The notes under the pieces: model-generated
Databases searched by the model: none
What the model saw: only the letters and a program-made list of their open reading frames with translations
Told to the model about the DNA's origin: nothing
In this document: positions 25,357-38,664 of the stretch, one piece after another
Layout: the number at the start of each line of letters is the position of its first letter
Numbering within the stretch: position 1 is the first letter of the stretch
Made by a program: the position numbers and the translations under genes
Origin: Eledone cirrhosa
Lineage: Eukaryota
Length of the DNA stretch: 64,000 nt
Assembly (NCBI GenBank): GCA_964016885.1
Contig: OZ024750.1
Coordinates: forward strand, 25,916,001-25,980,000
Direction of reading: 5' to 3'

Positions 25357-26270
25357 CTTCTTCTTCTTCTTCTTCTTCTTCTTGCTAAAATGGTAGTGGA
25401 TGGGGGAAGAGTCTTCAACCGTTCCTTCCAGTGGGTTTGTCAGAAGCAACCGTCTTCAAATAATCCGGCTGGATCCCCAATCTAGACCAGATGTGCTCAT
25501 GGATGTTATCCAATCATCTTGCGCGGTTTCTGTCTCTGGGCTTCCTTCCGGTTGCGTTTACCCGTAAAAACTTTCTAGCAATTTTTTTCCCGAGACATTC
25601 TAAACGCATGGATATAGTATCGTATCTGTAATCTCTCAATTCGGAGAAGTAGCGACTCTCCCTGGAGGGAGACCTGATCTCCAAGCTACACACCCTACTG
25701 AAAATACCCCTTGGAGGAACCCCATTGCTGACGCTTGTATTGACGATCATGTTCGTTTCGTGATTACCCAAGATTCATGACCATAATAAGTGTTGACACG
25801 AATACCGTACTGAAGATAACCAGTTTGGATTCTTCACCTACATCCCTTCTTCTAAATAACAACAGCTGAAGCTGGTGCATTACAGCACCTGCTCCTGCAA
25901 TTCTTGCACATAATTCAGCCCCATGCGTTCCATCACTTGTGAACATTGCCCCGAGATACATGAATTTCTCCACCTGTTTCAGTGGAACCCTATTCATATA
26001 TAGATTGCAAGGCACAATATTCCTTGAGACGACGAGTATCTCAGTTTTCGCAGCATTGATTTACATTCCAGCCATGTAGAGCTTGATATCAAACCTACAG
26101 AGTGCAATTCGGTGATTACCTTCTGCCGAATTAAGGAATACCGAGTCGTCTCAAAATTCTAGCCGACTGATTTTACACTTGCCAGTCGTGATACAACTTC
26201 TAGCCCGACTGCCCATGTCAATTATTTTCATGTAAATAATGAACACGATAGCTGAAAGACGCATCCTTGG
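25327..26270 (-). mobile_element. RTE-clade LINE 3' fragment with (GAA)n tail
   Basis: LKQVEKFMYLGAMFTSDG...ELCARIAGA...SKLVIF, later GRKPR..NRAR. (CTT)n at 25327-25383 is the tail. More RTE-like debris extends to ~26920 (KTTGPSGIFVEMLKA). Confidence 0.7.
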
Positions 26271-27320
26271 CAGAATCCGACTCCCATATTGAATGGTTTC
26301 CATTTAGCACCATTTATCCAGTGGTAGTCCTGCCTAGCATAAATTCAAACGTCCTCTTATATACTTTGATTATCTCTCGAATTAATCATGCTATAACATT
26401 TTCAACAAATTTTATGATATGGTCAATCAACTTGATACTTCTATACTTATTCTCTCTAGTGTATCTTCATTGCCCTTGTAGAAGTTGACAATAACTTTGA
26501 TGCACCAGTCATTGGATATGACACATTTCTGGTACTACTTGATTAACTATATGTCCGACTAGCACATATCCTACAATGCCGGGTGCTTTTAGCATCTCAA
26601 CGAATATACCAGATGGTCCAGTGGTCTTCTCTAGTTTCATGTCCCTAATTGCTTTATCTATCTCATTGCTGTCAACTTCTTAGCTGATCCCTTAGTCAGA
26701 TCTACATATGGTAAGCCCTTACTGTTTCTTCGTTCAGTAGTCTCTCGTAGTAAGTACTTCTTTTCGGCATAAGACAGGGTAGGTGTTCTCTATCATTTCG
26801 ACCATTTCACGATTTTCTCTAGCACACTCTCTTGCAATCCGATATACACCCGTCAGCTGTTCTACGCGACGAAGAACATGAGCAACTGTTTTTATCCCTC
26901 TGCCCTTGCTAGGTATACCTAGTTAAACCTAATTAAGGAGATAATGGATGTAAGGGTGGGTAGGAAGACAGGACAAAAGAAAGAGAGGAATCAAGCTGTT
27001 CAAGCTAGAAAGAAGTGGCGCCGATAGAATACTCGATGTAACGGCCGTATAGCTCAGGGGTAGGTGCAGTATACTGGAAGAAAATTTGAGCTTCGTCGTA
27101 ACTGACGAACAAGTCGGCGTATTTCGTGCACATTCAATATACCATGGCTATCCCAGTAATTTGTTGGTAATACTTTCCCGAGATAGTTGAGGTTGAGAAC
27201 AACTGAATCTTTTATCACCACTTTAATCTTATAATAATTGATATGGAATATAATTGATACCTCATTTATAACTGTATTTAATGGTATATTCAACATTGTC
27301 ATGTATATTGATATTTTCAG

Positions 27321-27455
27321 AATGCCCAACAGGAAAGTATGGTGAGTTTTGTCGATTGACATGCCATTGTTTGAAAAACAGTAAGTGTGACAAGCTAACC
27401 GGAAGGTGTCCAGCTGGATGTGCTGCAGGTTATATCGGAAACATCTGCAACACAG
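27321..27455 (+). CDS. EGF-like (8-Cys laminin-type) repeat exon
   Basis: ttttcag acceptor, G|gtattt donor, 135 nt, phase 1-1: (E)CPTGKYGEFCRLTCHCLKNSKCDKLTGRCPAGCAAGYIGNICNT. Confidence 0.88.
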
Positions 27456-27481
27456 GTATTTCCTAATGATGCTAAATATTT

Positions 27482-27600
<119 letters not shown>

Positions 27601-27703
27601 AGAAAATGCGAAGTAGTTTCAGATATATTATCCATTTATTGAACGTACAGTAGAACGGAATGTAAATTACAGTATGAAACGTAGTAATTAGGCAAACAAT
27701 TAG

Positions 27704-28220
27704 TTAATATCTTCTTCTATCATATGAATCAAAACAAAACAAAAAGTTCTTTATCCTCAGTGTATACTGATTAATGTTCAGAGCGATCCTTAGCATTCTC
27801 GTGTAGCGCACATCCACTATCTGAGTAAGTTTCTTGGTCAGTGCCCCAGTCTCAGACCCATACAGTAGCACAGACTCCACAACAGCAACGAAGAGACGGA
27901 TCTTCAGGTCTCTACGAAGGTCCGACTTCCACACCGAGCTCAAACTGTGGCACGCCGCCAAGGCTTTGCTATTCCACTCTACCACATCATCTTCTGTATT
28001 CAAAATTTGCTCCCAGATACAGGAAGTCCTCAACCAATTCTAGCCCCCCCCCTACATTAGTAATCTTCTCTGGCTTCTTAATATTCTCTACCATATACTT
28101 CATCTTAATCTCATTCATTCAAAGCCCCATACTCATCGACACAGTCTCCACCTCCTGCATCAAATCCTATGCCTCCTGCACCGTGTTTGTCACCGGAACT
28201 ATGTCATCGACAAATTAGTT
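27704..28220 (-). mobile_element. RTE-type LINE RT C-terminal fragment
   Basis: FVDDIV, then LSSVWKSDLRRDLKIRLFVAVVESVLLYGSET..LTKKL...YTRMLR. Confidence 0.7.
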
Positions 28221-28355
28221 ATGTAGATTTCTAGCCAGTATAGAGAAGGTTAATGTGCTCAATGCATATAGGTTGTTAGACTAGCGAACCATGTTATTAA
28301 ATGTAATGAGAGATAGCTTAACAATCGTATAATAAGCAGAGGAAAACTGTTTTTA

Positions 28356-28740
28356 AAATACTGGAGAGAATAACAAAGATTTATGAATACATGCATATAT
28401 ATTTAATGGCTGACAAGTATGGCAGCGAAAAAAATTTATAACAGCCATTTTGTGTGGCTGCTATAACGTCCTTTCACTTCCAACCTTTTAATATCAATAT
28501 TCCACATTTAAAGAAGGTTTTTCACTTCGGTGATATAATTTAATTTATGAATTAATATGTGATGAAAAATGTTTTTTTTGTAGGCTCTGATGATAATAGT
28601 AATTTTTAATGGAGTAATATCGATTTATATTTGATATCCCAACATGTATGTCCATCCTTACTGTGCAATATTTGAAAAAACTTGTCAGCCATTAAATATA
28701 TACATATATTTATAAATCTTTGTTATTCTCTCCAGCATTT
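28356..28740. mobile_element. inverted-repeat element with a degenerate long-helix-II hammerhead (+, 28583-28690)
   Basis: Arms ~28356-28418 and 28680-28740. GGCT-CTGATGA...~80 nt...GAAA-AAACTTG-TC^AGCC, with helix I GGCT/AGCC. Confidence 0.55.
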
Positions 28741-28924
28741 TCATACGATATATATATATATATTTATATACATAAAGTTACAATATCGTGAGAGAAGATA
28801 GAGAGATGAGGTAAAAGAGAAACGATACAGAGGATTATTTGCCAAAATTTGCTCGATGCTTATGTAAACAGGTTTAAACATTAGAGGCGTTAATATTTAG
28901 TGTACGAAGTTAAGCAGAGCAATT

Positions 28925-29890
28925 ATAATCGAAATAATTGATGAAAGAGAAGCAAGCCGTTAAAACACATTTATAAAAATCTCTTACATATGTTTCGCCT
29001 AATGGGGCTAGTGTGAGGCGGTTAAATAGGCTAAGAAATTACTAATGAAGCCTGTAAGGTTACGAGCAAAATTTTAATATCGAAATCCATTACTTCGTGT
29101 TACAAAATGGAGTCAATATCTTTGTTACTAAGGGAAGTATTTCCGGTGCATGCTAAAGTTATCTCTTTGATCAATGACCGCTATTAAAAAAGTTAATTTA
29201 ATTATGGTTTGTCAAGTCAATTTAATGAGACACTGTTAAGGTATGAGTCTTAGTATCAATTATGAGTAAGGTAATTAAAGACTTTACACTAGTTTAGTTA
29301 GTACATAGCTGCAATATCAATGTAGGCTTAAGAGTCTAGAAATGTAAAGACATATAAGATGGATTCAGTATAATTATATGATCATATGTCTACAGTGTTT
29401 AAAGGGTATAATCAGCAGTTCTGTAATATTACCCAAAGTTTAGTCTATCAGTGTGGAAGAATACAAAAGGGTAATCTCGTCTGAAAATATGCAGTGCAGC
29501 TCCCTGGAGGGACGACGGGTGTTGGATGATGGTATTGTTCAAAGATGTTTAATTTTAAGTCTACCATTTTAGGTCGAGCCAGGGCACAGAGTTGGAGGAC
29601 CCGGGTGTTATGGTTTTTGAGTATTAGCCGGGATCCATCTATAGAAGGACTGTTGTAGTCTATGGCCACAATTGATGACAGTTTCGGCTCGACTATTAAT
29701 GAGGTGCTTGTAACACGAAGTAATGCATTTCGATGTTAAAATTTTGCTTGTAGCCTTACAGGGTTCATTATTAATTTCTGTGCCTATTTAACCGACCCAG
29801 ACGAGCCCCATTGCGCGAAACATATGTAAGAGATTTTTATAAATGTGTTTTAAGCGGTTGCTACTCTTTCATCAATTCTTTCGATTATAT
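28925..29890. mobile_element. PLE-terminus element with ~180-bp inverted repeats and decayed hammerheads
   Basis: 28925-29105 is inverted at 29708-29890. Right arm: CAGACGA-GC-CCCATTGC-GC-GAAA-CATATG-TA^AG, with a damaged core. Confidence 0.65.
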
Positions 29891-29895
29891 AAATA

Positions 29896-30026
<131 letters not shown>

Positions 30027-30089
30027 ATATATATGTATATACATACATACATATATATTTATATTATCGAAAAAATTGATGAAAGTGTA

Positions 30090-30123
<34 letters not shown>

Positions 30124-30239
30124 TTATTGGCAACATGACCCTCCGAAAGTATAACAATATCGGTTTCAACACACGATTTCAGATAAAGAATCTTGCTAAA
30201 CAAATTCAGAAACGAAATATATATATATATATATATATA

Positions 30240-31115
30240 GAAAAAGAGCTGAAATTGAAAATGCAACTGGAGTCTTATTTAAAAAAAAAATATATATATT
30301 TATTTGGTTCCTTTACCGGTTTCGCAGTTCTTCTGCTTTTCAAAAGGTGAGTTGAGATGGAGGCTCTGTGGTTTTTCTCACATCTGGTTGGTCTCTGAAT
30401 GTTACTTGTTTTATATGGAAAAAGTGGCTCGAAATGCCAGGTTCTTCGAGAAGTAATTTGATTGGTTTGTCAATAATTATAATAAATTTCGCGCCAGTTC
30501 GCGTTACAATAGTTCTTCAAATAAGAGGGGGGGGGGGGGTTGTCACAGGTTGTTTTTTCATATATGAGTGTTTGAATTTCTTTTTACTTGAAAAAAGGAG
30601 GCTCACGAAGGCTTTTTTTTGGTTAGTTATAAATGAAATTATGGCTGTCACGTGAACAAATTTTCATTAAATTTTTGTGCCCTTATTTTATGAAAATTTC
30701 TTAACGTGACAGCCATAATTTCATTTATAACCAACCCCAAAAAAGCCTTCGTGAGCCTCCTTTTTTCAAGTAAAAAGAAATTCAAACACTCATATATGAA
30801 AAAAACAACCTGTGACAACACCCCTCTTATTTGAAGAACTATTGTAACGCGAACTGGCGCGAAATTTATTATAATTATTGACAAACCAATCAAATTACTT
30901 CTCGAAAAACCTGGCATTTCGAGCCACTTTTTCCATATAAAACAAGTAACATTCAGAGACCAACCAGATGTGAGAAAAACCACAGAGCCTCCATCTCAAC
31001 TCACCTTTTGAAAAGCAGAAGAACTGCGAAACCGGTAAAGGAACCAAATAAATATATACATTTAAAAAAAAAATAAGACTCCAGTTGCATTTTCGATTTC
31101 ATCTCTTTTTCTTTA
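30240..31115. mobile_element. fold-back element with ~410-bp arms and a hammerhead in each arm
   Basis: Near-perfect inverted repeat around a ~50-nt spacer at ~30655-30702. The mirror ORFs 30368+ and 30983- reflect this symmetry. Confidence 0.9.
31004..31041 (+). ncRNA. minimal hammerhead ribozyme, U3-A8 core variant (mirror at 30310-30347, minus)
   Basis: CCTT-TTGAAAA-GCAG-AAGAA-CTGC-GAAA-CCGG-TA^AAGG. Confidence 0.8.
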
Positions 31116-31172
31116 TACTTTCACTCGTGTAGGACACCTCGGTTATTTTTCATTTTGTAAAAAAAACCTCAC

Positions 31173-31218
<46 letters not shown>

Positions 31219-31229
31219 GTATATATATA

Positions 31230-31458
31230 TGAAAGTATAAAGTATATACTTTCAGACGTTCAACAATCTGGTAGGAAGGTATACATTGCTGACGATAGCT
31301 AATAAACTTGAAACTAGTTCAGCGTTCGTTTATCAGTGTTGAACAAACGAGCAACAATGGTTGCTAGACACTACGGCTTAATACGGGATGTTTGTTTACA
31401 AACACACCGAGCATTATAATAAATGTTCGGTGAATCCATACGTACATATATATATGTG

Positions 31459-31553
<95 letters not shown>

Positions 31554-31652
31554 TACTGTATGTCTGTATACATATATGTATGTACGTGTACATACTTATA
31601 TTTAAGTAACATCCGTACTAAGAGTGGGAAATGAAATTTCGTTTCATTCTTT
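31230..31652 (+). mobile_element. diverged copy of the 516-nt hammerhead family
   Basis: CTGACGA-TAGCT-AATA-AACTT-GAAA-CTAG-TT^CAG at 31289-31322. Flanks match 34515-34930. Confidence 0.7.
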
Positions 31653-31654
31653 CC

Positions 31655-31758
<104 letters not shown>

Positions 31759-32489
31759 ATGTCATCAAAGTAATCACCAAAGTAAACATATGGAAAATAT
31801 AAATAAACTGAAACAATTGGATACAACTTTGTCAACGCTGATGAAAGCAATAACGTATACAACATGGATAAAGTAGAACCACCGAAATCATCAACAGGGA
31901 GTTAAGTAAGAAATATAAAAAGAGACTTTAAAATGAAATCTTGATAGGGCAATGGAAGAGATCAATTAGATAGTAACCAGACGTAATGTAGAAATTGAAT
32001 TGAACACTATCAACCGATAGAAACGCAGATAATACTGAAGGATCACAAACCGTATTACAACATTGACGTCACAGTCAGACATACTGTGTAATTCAGGTCG
32101 GTCATTGAAGTATTATGCAAAATTCTAATTAGTGTCGTCGCCAATGAAGACACTAAGGACGGCAAAAGATTGTTCGTACAGTTTCTATATTACCATGGGA
32201 TCCAGTGACTCAGAGCAGGTGACCAATCCCGTGAGATATGTGAAGAGGGTGTTTTCTGGGTCTCAGCGGAGGATTATATCACGATGATGCCCTATGTATC
32301 CCACTCAATCATAAAAAGACCGATTAGAGCGGATGAAGAAGTAAATATCTTAAGTTTTCAAGAATATAAGACTAGAAGTCGCAATCTACAGTAAACATTA
32401 AAAATCTGATCTATCAATTCTTCGACATTCATCATATATACATATATATATATATATATATATGTATATTTATATATATATATATTATA

Positions 32490-32598
<109 letters not shown>

Positions 32599-32599
32599 A

Positions 32600-33027
32600 A
32601 AGTTCTATTTAAAATTGTTGGGATACAACAAGTAAATATTTTATAACTGATATAAAGCACTCGACAAGTTTTTGGAGTAGATATACGATATTAATAAATG
32701 GAAACTATATTTATAAAACCATATTTATTTCATTATACATATTTCAGGGATACCAAATTAAAGTATGCTATGCCTTCATCAGACAAAATACAATATATAA
32801 ACAGTTTTATAAATAATTTTGACGTACCCTATTAGATGCAACCATTATTTTTACAGCTTCCAAAAATAATGGTTGCATCTAATAGCGTACGTCAAAATTA
32901 TTTATAAAACTGTTTATATATTGTATTTTGTCTGATGAAGGCATACCATATTTTAATTTGGTATCCCTGAAATATGTATAATGAAATAAATATGGTTTTA
33001 TAAATATAGTTTCCATTTATTAATATC

Positions 33028-33032
<5 letters not shown>
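32600..33032. mobile_element. fold-back element with hammerhead (+, 32926-32986, mirror in left arm)
   Basis: Arms 32682-32850 and 32860-33032. TTTTGT-CTGATGA-AGGC-ATACCA-loop-TGGTAT-CCCT-GAAA-TATGTA-TA^ATGAAA. Same family as the 43790/46935 arms and 56120-56550. Confidence 0.82.
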
Positions 33033-33104
<72 letters not shown>

Positions 33105-33274
33105 TAGTATATTTACCAACATATACGTACAGATGTACACTAATGCTAGCAAATACATAAGTTATGTCCTAGTACCTAGGTGGTTCAATGCAGGAGGATG
33201 CAGAACAATTATATGAAAGACGTAAAATAAGAAAATTTTAAAAATTAAAAATCAACTTACTTACTAAAATTTTC

Positions 33275-33356
33275 ACTCCAACTAATTAGTTTCTGTAATG
33301 GGATAAAGATAGTTACGCAATGTAACCATCGAGAATTCATTACCTCATCAGGGAGT
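33275..33356 (-). ncRNA. hammerhead with extended helix II, inside inverted repeat 33210-33343/33648-33782
   Basis: Minus strand: ACTCC-CTGATGA-G-GTAATG..GATGGTTAC-ATTGC-GTAACTATC..CATTAC-A-GAAA-CTAATTAG-TT^GGAGT. Confidence 0.75.
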
Positions 33357-34175
33357 CTATTCTCAGCTAAGTCTCCAGGCAATGCGCGGACACTAGGGAC
33401 TCATATAAAAATAATAATTCGGTGGATGGAACAGCTAGCGGGGACTGAATTCCATAGCACTGAAAAAGTTCACTGTCTCTGGTCAAGTGGCAGATTCTAA
33501 AGAATCAATCACGTGACACTGGCTTTTATATATGGTATTAAAACAGAACAATAATATCAATAATTAAATAAAATAACTAGATAGCAAGTAGTTAAAATAA
33601 TAACATCAATATAAGTAAGAGATAGAGTATAATGAAGAATCTAGCATGTAATGAATTCTCGATGGTTACATTGCGTAACTATATTTATCCCATTACAGAA
33701 ACTAATTAGTTGGAGTGAAAATTTTAGTAAGTAAGTTGATTTTTAATTTTTAAAATTTTCTTATTTTACGTCTTTCATATATATATGCTAAACTGATACG
33801 TGCATATATGTATGTGTACCTGTATGCATACATGTGTGTATATATATAGTATTAAGGGTACTATTTATGGTTATGTATGCAATAAAACCTTTAATGGTAA
33901 TATATTATATACAAACCCTAAATAGTGAAAGATAGTCATTAATTACTATCCTATTACCAGTAAGATAAATAGCTCAATGTAATAACATCAGTTGTTTTAC
34001 AGAGCAGTGATATAGAGATTACAATAATCAAAGTTCAGTTTAAGTCATTTATTTGCTTACAATTGTTTCCTCCAAACCGAGGTTTGGATTCTTCGGAGCA
34101 ACTATTTACTGATCTATAACATACTTGACCTCCTTTTCAACCCAAGAGACACATAAAACATATGCCCATATTGAT

Positions 34176-34216
<41 letters not shown>

Positions 34217-34287
34217 TATATGTATGTGTATATATATGTATGTGTATATATATATATGCATATATGTATGTGTACCTGTATGCATAC

Positions 34288-34319
<32 letters not shown>

Positions 34320-34558
34320 GCATGCTACTGTACGTCTGTATACATATATGTATGTACGTATACATGCATACTTACATTTAAGTAAGTGCCATACTAAGAG
34401 TGAGAAATGAAATTTCGTTTTCATTTTATTTCAATTTATCGTTTTCGGTATGCCTGACCGATTTAACTCACTCAATATGCAAATTAGGCTGCTCAGCCTT
34501 AATTTTCATAAGGAAAGTATATACTTTCGAACGTTCAACTATCTGGCAGATGGGTAAA

Positions 34559-34599
34559 CGGTGCTGATGATAGCTAACAAGCTTGAAACTAGTACATCG
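34559..34599 (+). ncRNA. minimal hammerhead ribozyme
   Basis: CGGTG-CTGATGA-T-AGCT-AACA-AGCT-T-GAAA-CTAG-TA^CATCG. Confidence 0.82.
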
Positions 34600-34756
34600 T
34601 TCCTGTGTCAGTGTTGAACAAAAAGGTGACGTGGTTGACTTAACACCGTATGGCATAAATTCAGGCTGTTCAGTTTGTTTACAAACGAACAAAGCGGCGT
34701 TATAATAAGCGTCCGCTAAACTGATACGTGCATATATGTATGTGTACCTGTATGCA

Positions 34757-34838
<82 letters not shown>

Positions 34839-35074
34839 TACTACTGTACGTCTGTATACATATATGTATGTACGTATACATGCATACTTACATTTAAGTA
34901 AGTGCCATACTAAGAGTGAGAAATGAAATTTCGTTTTCATTTTATTTCAATTTATCGTTTTCGGTATGCCTGACCGATTTAACTCACTCAATATGCAAAT
35001 TAGGCTGCTCAGCCTTAATTTTCATAAGGAAAGTATATACTTTCGAACGTTCAACTATCTGGCAGATGGGTAAA

Positions 35075-35115
35075 CGGTGCTGATGATAGCTAACAAGCTT
35101 GAAACTAGTACATCG
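35075..35115 (+). ncRNA. minimal hammerhead ribozyme, identical tandem copy
   Basis: Same sequence as 34559-34599. Confidence 0.82.
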
Positions 35116-35272
35116 TTCCTGTGTCAGTGTTGAACAAAAAGGTGACGTGGTTGCCTTAACACCGTATGGCATAAATTCAGGCTGTTCAGTTTGTTTACAA
35201 ACGAACAAAGCGGCGTTATAATAAGCGTCCGCTAAACTGATACGTGCATATATGTATGTGTACCTGTATGCA

Positions 35273-35337
<65 letters not shown>

Positions 35338-35389
35338 GCATGCTACTGTACGTCTGTATACATATATGTATGTACGTATACATGCATAC

Positions 35390-35460
<71 letters not shown>

Positions 35461-35689
35461 GGGATAACAGGTTATTGTTATAGGCAGTCCACTTAGATGT
35501 AGTGTAGTCCAGTTGGAGTACTCCGTGTAGTGGATAGTATTAACGTGTGGCTTAGTTTGACTCAACAAGGCGTTTCCATAGTGATGCTGCGAGTTCGCGG
35601 TGATTTCTATGTAGTTTATACTTGGAGTAATAATAATTCAAGAAAGAAGAGTGACATGGTTCGCTATACAATAAGGGCTTTATTCACAT

Positions 35690-35799
35690 TGCTGACAATT
35701 GTTCCTTTGATCTGGTAGGTCTAGCGTTCGCTATCCGCCTTATTATGCGCCAATCGATCTCCAATACTTTGTTTATAACCAGTCGTTTTCATCAGAGCA
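35690..35799 (-). ncRNA. degenerate long-helix-II hammerhead
   Basis: Minus strand: TGCT-CTGATGA...~85 nt...GGAA-CAATTG-TC^AGCA. The GAAA box is damaged. Confidence 0.4.
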
Positions 35800-36787
35800 C
35801 GCGAAATGAAGAAGATACACAAGGCATGGCTTTTATATATGTGTGATATTAAACCAGAACAATAATATCAATAATTAAATAAAATAACTAGATAGCAAGT
35901 AGTTAAAATAATAACATCAATATAAGTAAGAGATAGAGTATAATGAAGAATCTAGCATGTTAAACAAACTGATATGATACAGATGTATGGAATTGACATG
36001 TGAAAACTGCTATAGGGTACATTAGATATAGTGTTAAGGTGGCGACGAGATAGCAGTAACCACTAAAATGTACTTGGAGACAGGATTTATGAGGTATCTA
36101 CTATGCTGTAGGTATTCTGGCAATAAACCGGAGATTTACTTATTATTTGACAAATACATATTTTAGTGTTATTAATTTAGTGAGGATGATAGTTTTTATG
36201 TGGTATTAAATGGAGTTGTAGATTCGTTATTTAAGTGGCCTATACTAAAGGTAGGGATTGTTAGTTCGAATCATGGGGCTTTAGATTTCACAGCATCAAT
36301 AACAAATTGTGTATAATTAAGACAGTAATAACAACAATAATAGAAACAATAAAGGTAATAAAATAGTAAAATATGCATGGTAGATATAAGGAACATGATG
36401 AATAATATTAGGGATACATTGAGGTGTTCATAAGAATAATAAGAGGAAAGTAAGATTTTCAGGAGTGTAGGAGTAATAAGATAATGTACTTAGAATTAGG
36501 TTCATCTGTTAGAGATTATGAGTGCTAATGAGAGATATAATTGTTTGGTCCGAAGGAGTGAATAACAGGGAAGATGGGATTGATTTATGGGCTGATAAGA
36601 TAGTTGTAGACATTACTGACACATCCCACTGGTATAGAATTAAGGAGGCTATAAGGTGTTTATTATGATCATGATTCTGTAGTGGGCTGTGTGAGAAGGC
36701 AGATTTCATAAGTTAAAAGCTAAGTGATATTGGTTCGAATCACGGTGGCTTAAATCTCGCGAATTTTGTAGCAATCCTATGCCTGCA

Positions 36788-36865
<78 letters not shown>

Positions 36866-36899
36866 TATATATATATATACATATATATATACATATACA

Positions 36900-36930
<31 letters not shown>

Positions 36931-37597
36931 CTTCCAGCCTTCATTGGTATTTCATCGCTTTAAAGACCATATACCTCTGGTTGGTGCGAGCAACGGCTAA
37001 AGAAAGTCGTTGGGACACGTAAATAGGGTTAACGAGCGAGACAGTAAACAAACAACGAAAAGTGAGGAAGAAGGAGTCAAGTCCCTGAAATCGATGAACA
37101 TTAGTTCTGTGAAATCGTAGATGAGAGAGAATAAAGACCATCCAACCTGGTCGAATTGTGAGTGGGGAAAGAATTTCGCACAGGTTGTTAGTCCAGCAGT
37201 TCTAAAAAAATCTCACACTGTCTCGAAAATAGGAGGAAGGAGACTACCGCCAAAAAACAATACATGCGCAGGTCAATGAATTCTGAAAAGAATTCAAGCC
37301 ACGGGCTAGAACTCAATTGGATATGAAAAAAAATAATCATATGTGCGCAGCGCTTGATGACACACAGATATTTTCTCGGGCAAAATAACAGAATGAGATA
37401 CAAGAACAAACAGTATTCATATAAAAAATAAACAAAGAGAGTCATACCTTATTTCGGGAGGGGTCATATCTGTTGCTCCAAGAGTAAATATATAAATACA
37501 TAATCGGAGAAAGCTAATAGCTATACTCCGGCCAAATTCCAACTCACTCAACAAACATTAGGAAATACCTGAGTATATTCCTAATTAAACATATATA

Positions 37598-37652
37598 TGA
37601 AATTGTTCAGATGGATGTACTCCAGGTCATATTGGTGACAATTGCCAAGAAG
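37598..37652 (+). pseudogene. 5'-truncated EGF exon remnant
   Basis: CSDGCTPGHIGDNCQE followed by G|gtatat. The first ~80 nt of the exon are replaced by unrelated sequence. Confidence 0.7.
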
Positions 37653-37842
37653 GTATATCATAAACTTGTTACATAATTACTATAATTCCTATATACACAC
37701 ACACAGATATATATGTTTATGTGTGTGTGTTTGTGTGTGTGGGTGTGTGGGGAGTAGGGGGTGCGGGTGTGTATCTGCATGTGTGTGTATGTGTGTGTGT
37801 GTAAATATGATGTTTAATATAGAAATCTTATATATATTTCAG

Positions 37843-37977
37843 AATGCCAGGTAGGATGTTTTGGTGTTAATTGTAAAGGGGTATGCCATTGTAACGACAA
37901 CAATAACTGCGACTTCCGTTCTGGAAGATGTTCAGATGGATGTACTGCAGGTTATCTTGGATACAATTGCCAAGAAG
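37843..37977 (+). CDS. EGF-like repeat exon
   Basis: tttcag acceptor, G|gtatat donor, 135 nt: (E)CQVGCFGVNCKGVCHCNDNNNCDFRSGRCSDGCTAGYLGYNCQE. Confidence 0.85.
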
Positions 37978-38013
37978 GTATATTATAAACTTGTTACGTA
38001 TTTACTATAATTA

Positions 38014-38115
<102 letters not shown>

Positions 38116-38297
38116 ACACACATACACACACACATGCACACACTCACACACTCACACACATTCACACATATATATGTATGTGTTTCCGTGTGTATGTGTG
38201 TGTTTGTGTGTGTGTGCATGTGTTTGTGTGTGTGGAAATATGATGTTTAATATAGAAATCGCTTCTACAGGACTACTTTTGAATGAAATAATTCTAA

Positions 38298-38405
<108 letters not shown>

Positions 38406-38434
38406 ATATTTATATATATATATATAACTCACAG

Positions 38435-38520
<86 letters not shown>

Positions 38521-38619
38521 CAAGAATTAAGTGTTCATTCTACTGACATGGCTATAAAATTGAGGCTTGTTTGCAAACGAATCGAATGTTGTTATTAATA
38601 TTCGAAAAATTCAGATTAC

Positions 38620-38659
<40 letters not shown>

Positions 38660-38664
<5 letters not shown>

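Larger units (their letters stand above)
34240..35392 (+). repeat. tandem array (~2.2 units) of a 516-nt hammerhead-bearing monomer with internal (TA)n
   Basis: Near-identical units. CTGATGA occurs at 34564 and 35080, 516 nt apart. Confidence 0.9.

Noticed and set aside
30368-30983. Two near-identical ORFs on opposite strands (MVFLTSGW...)
   Set aside because: A by-product of the inverted repeat, with no recognisable protein motif.
34468-35337. Duplicated minus-strand ORFs ([10 protein letters not shown]...)
   Set aside because: Antisense of the hammerhead monomer, starting in microsatellite, with no known motif.
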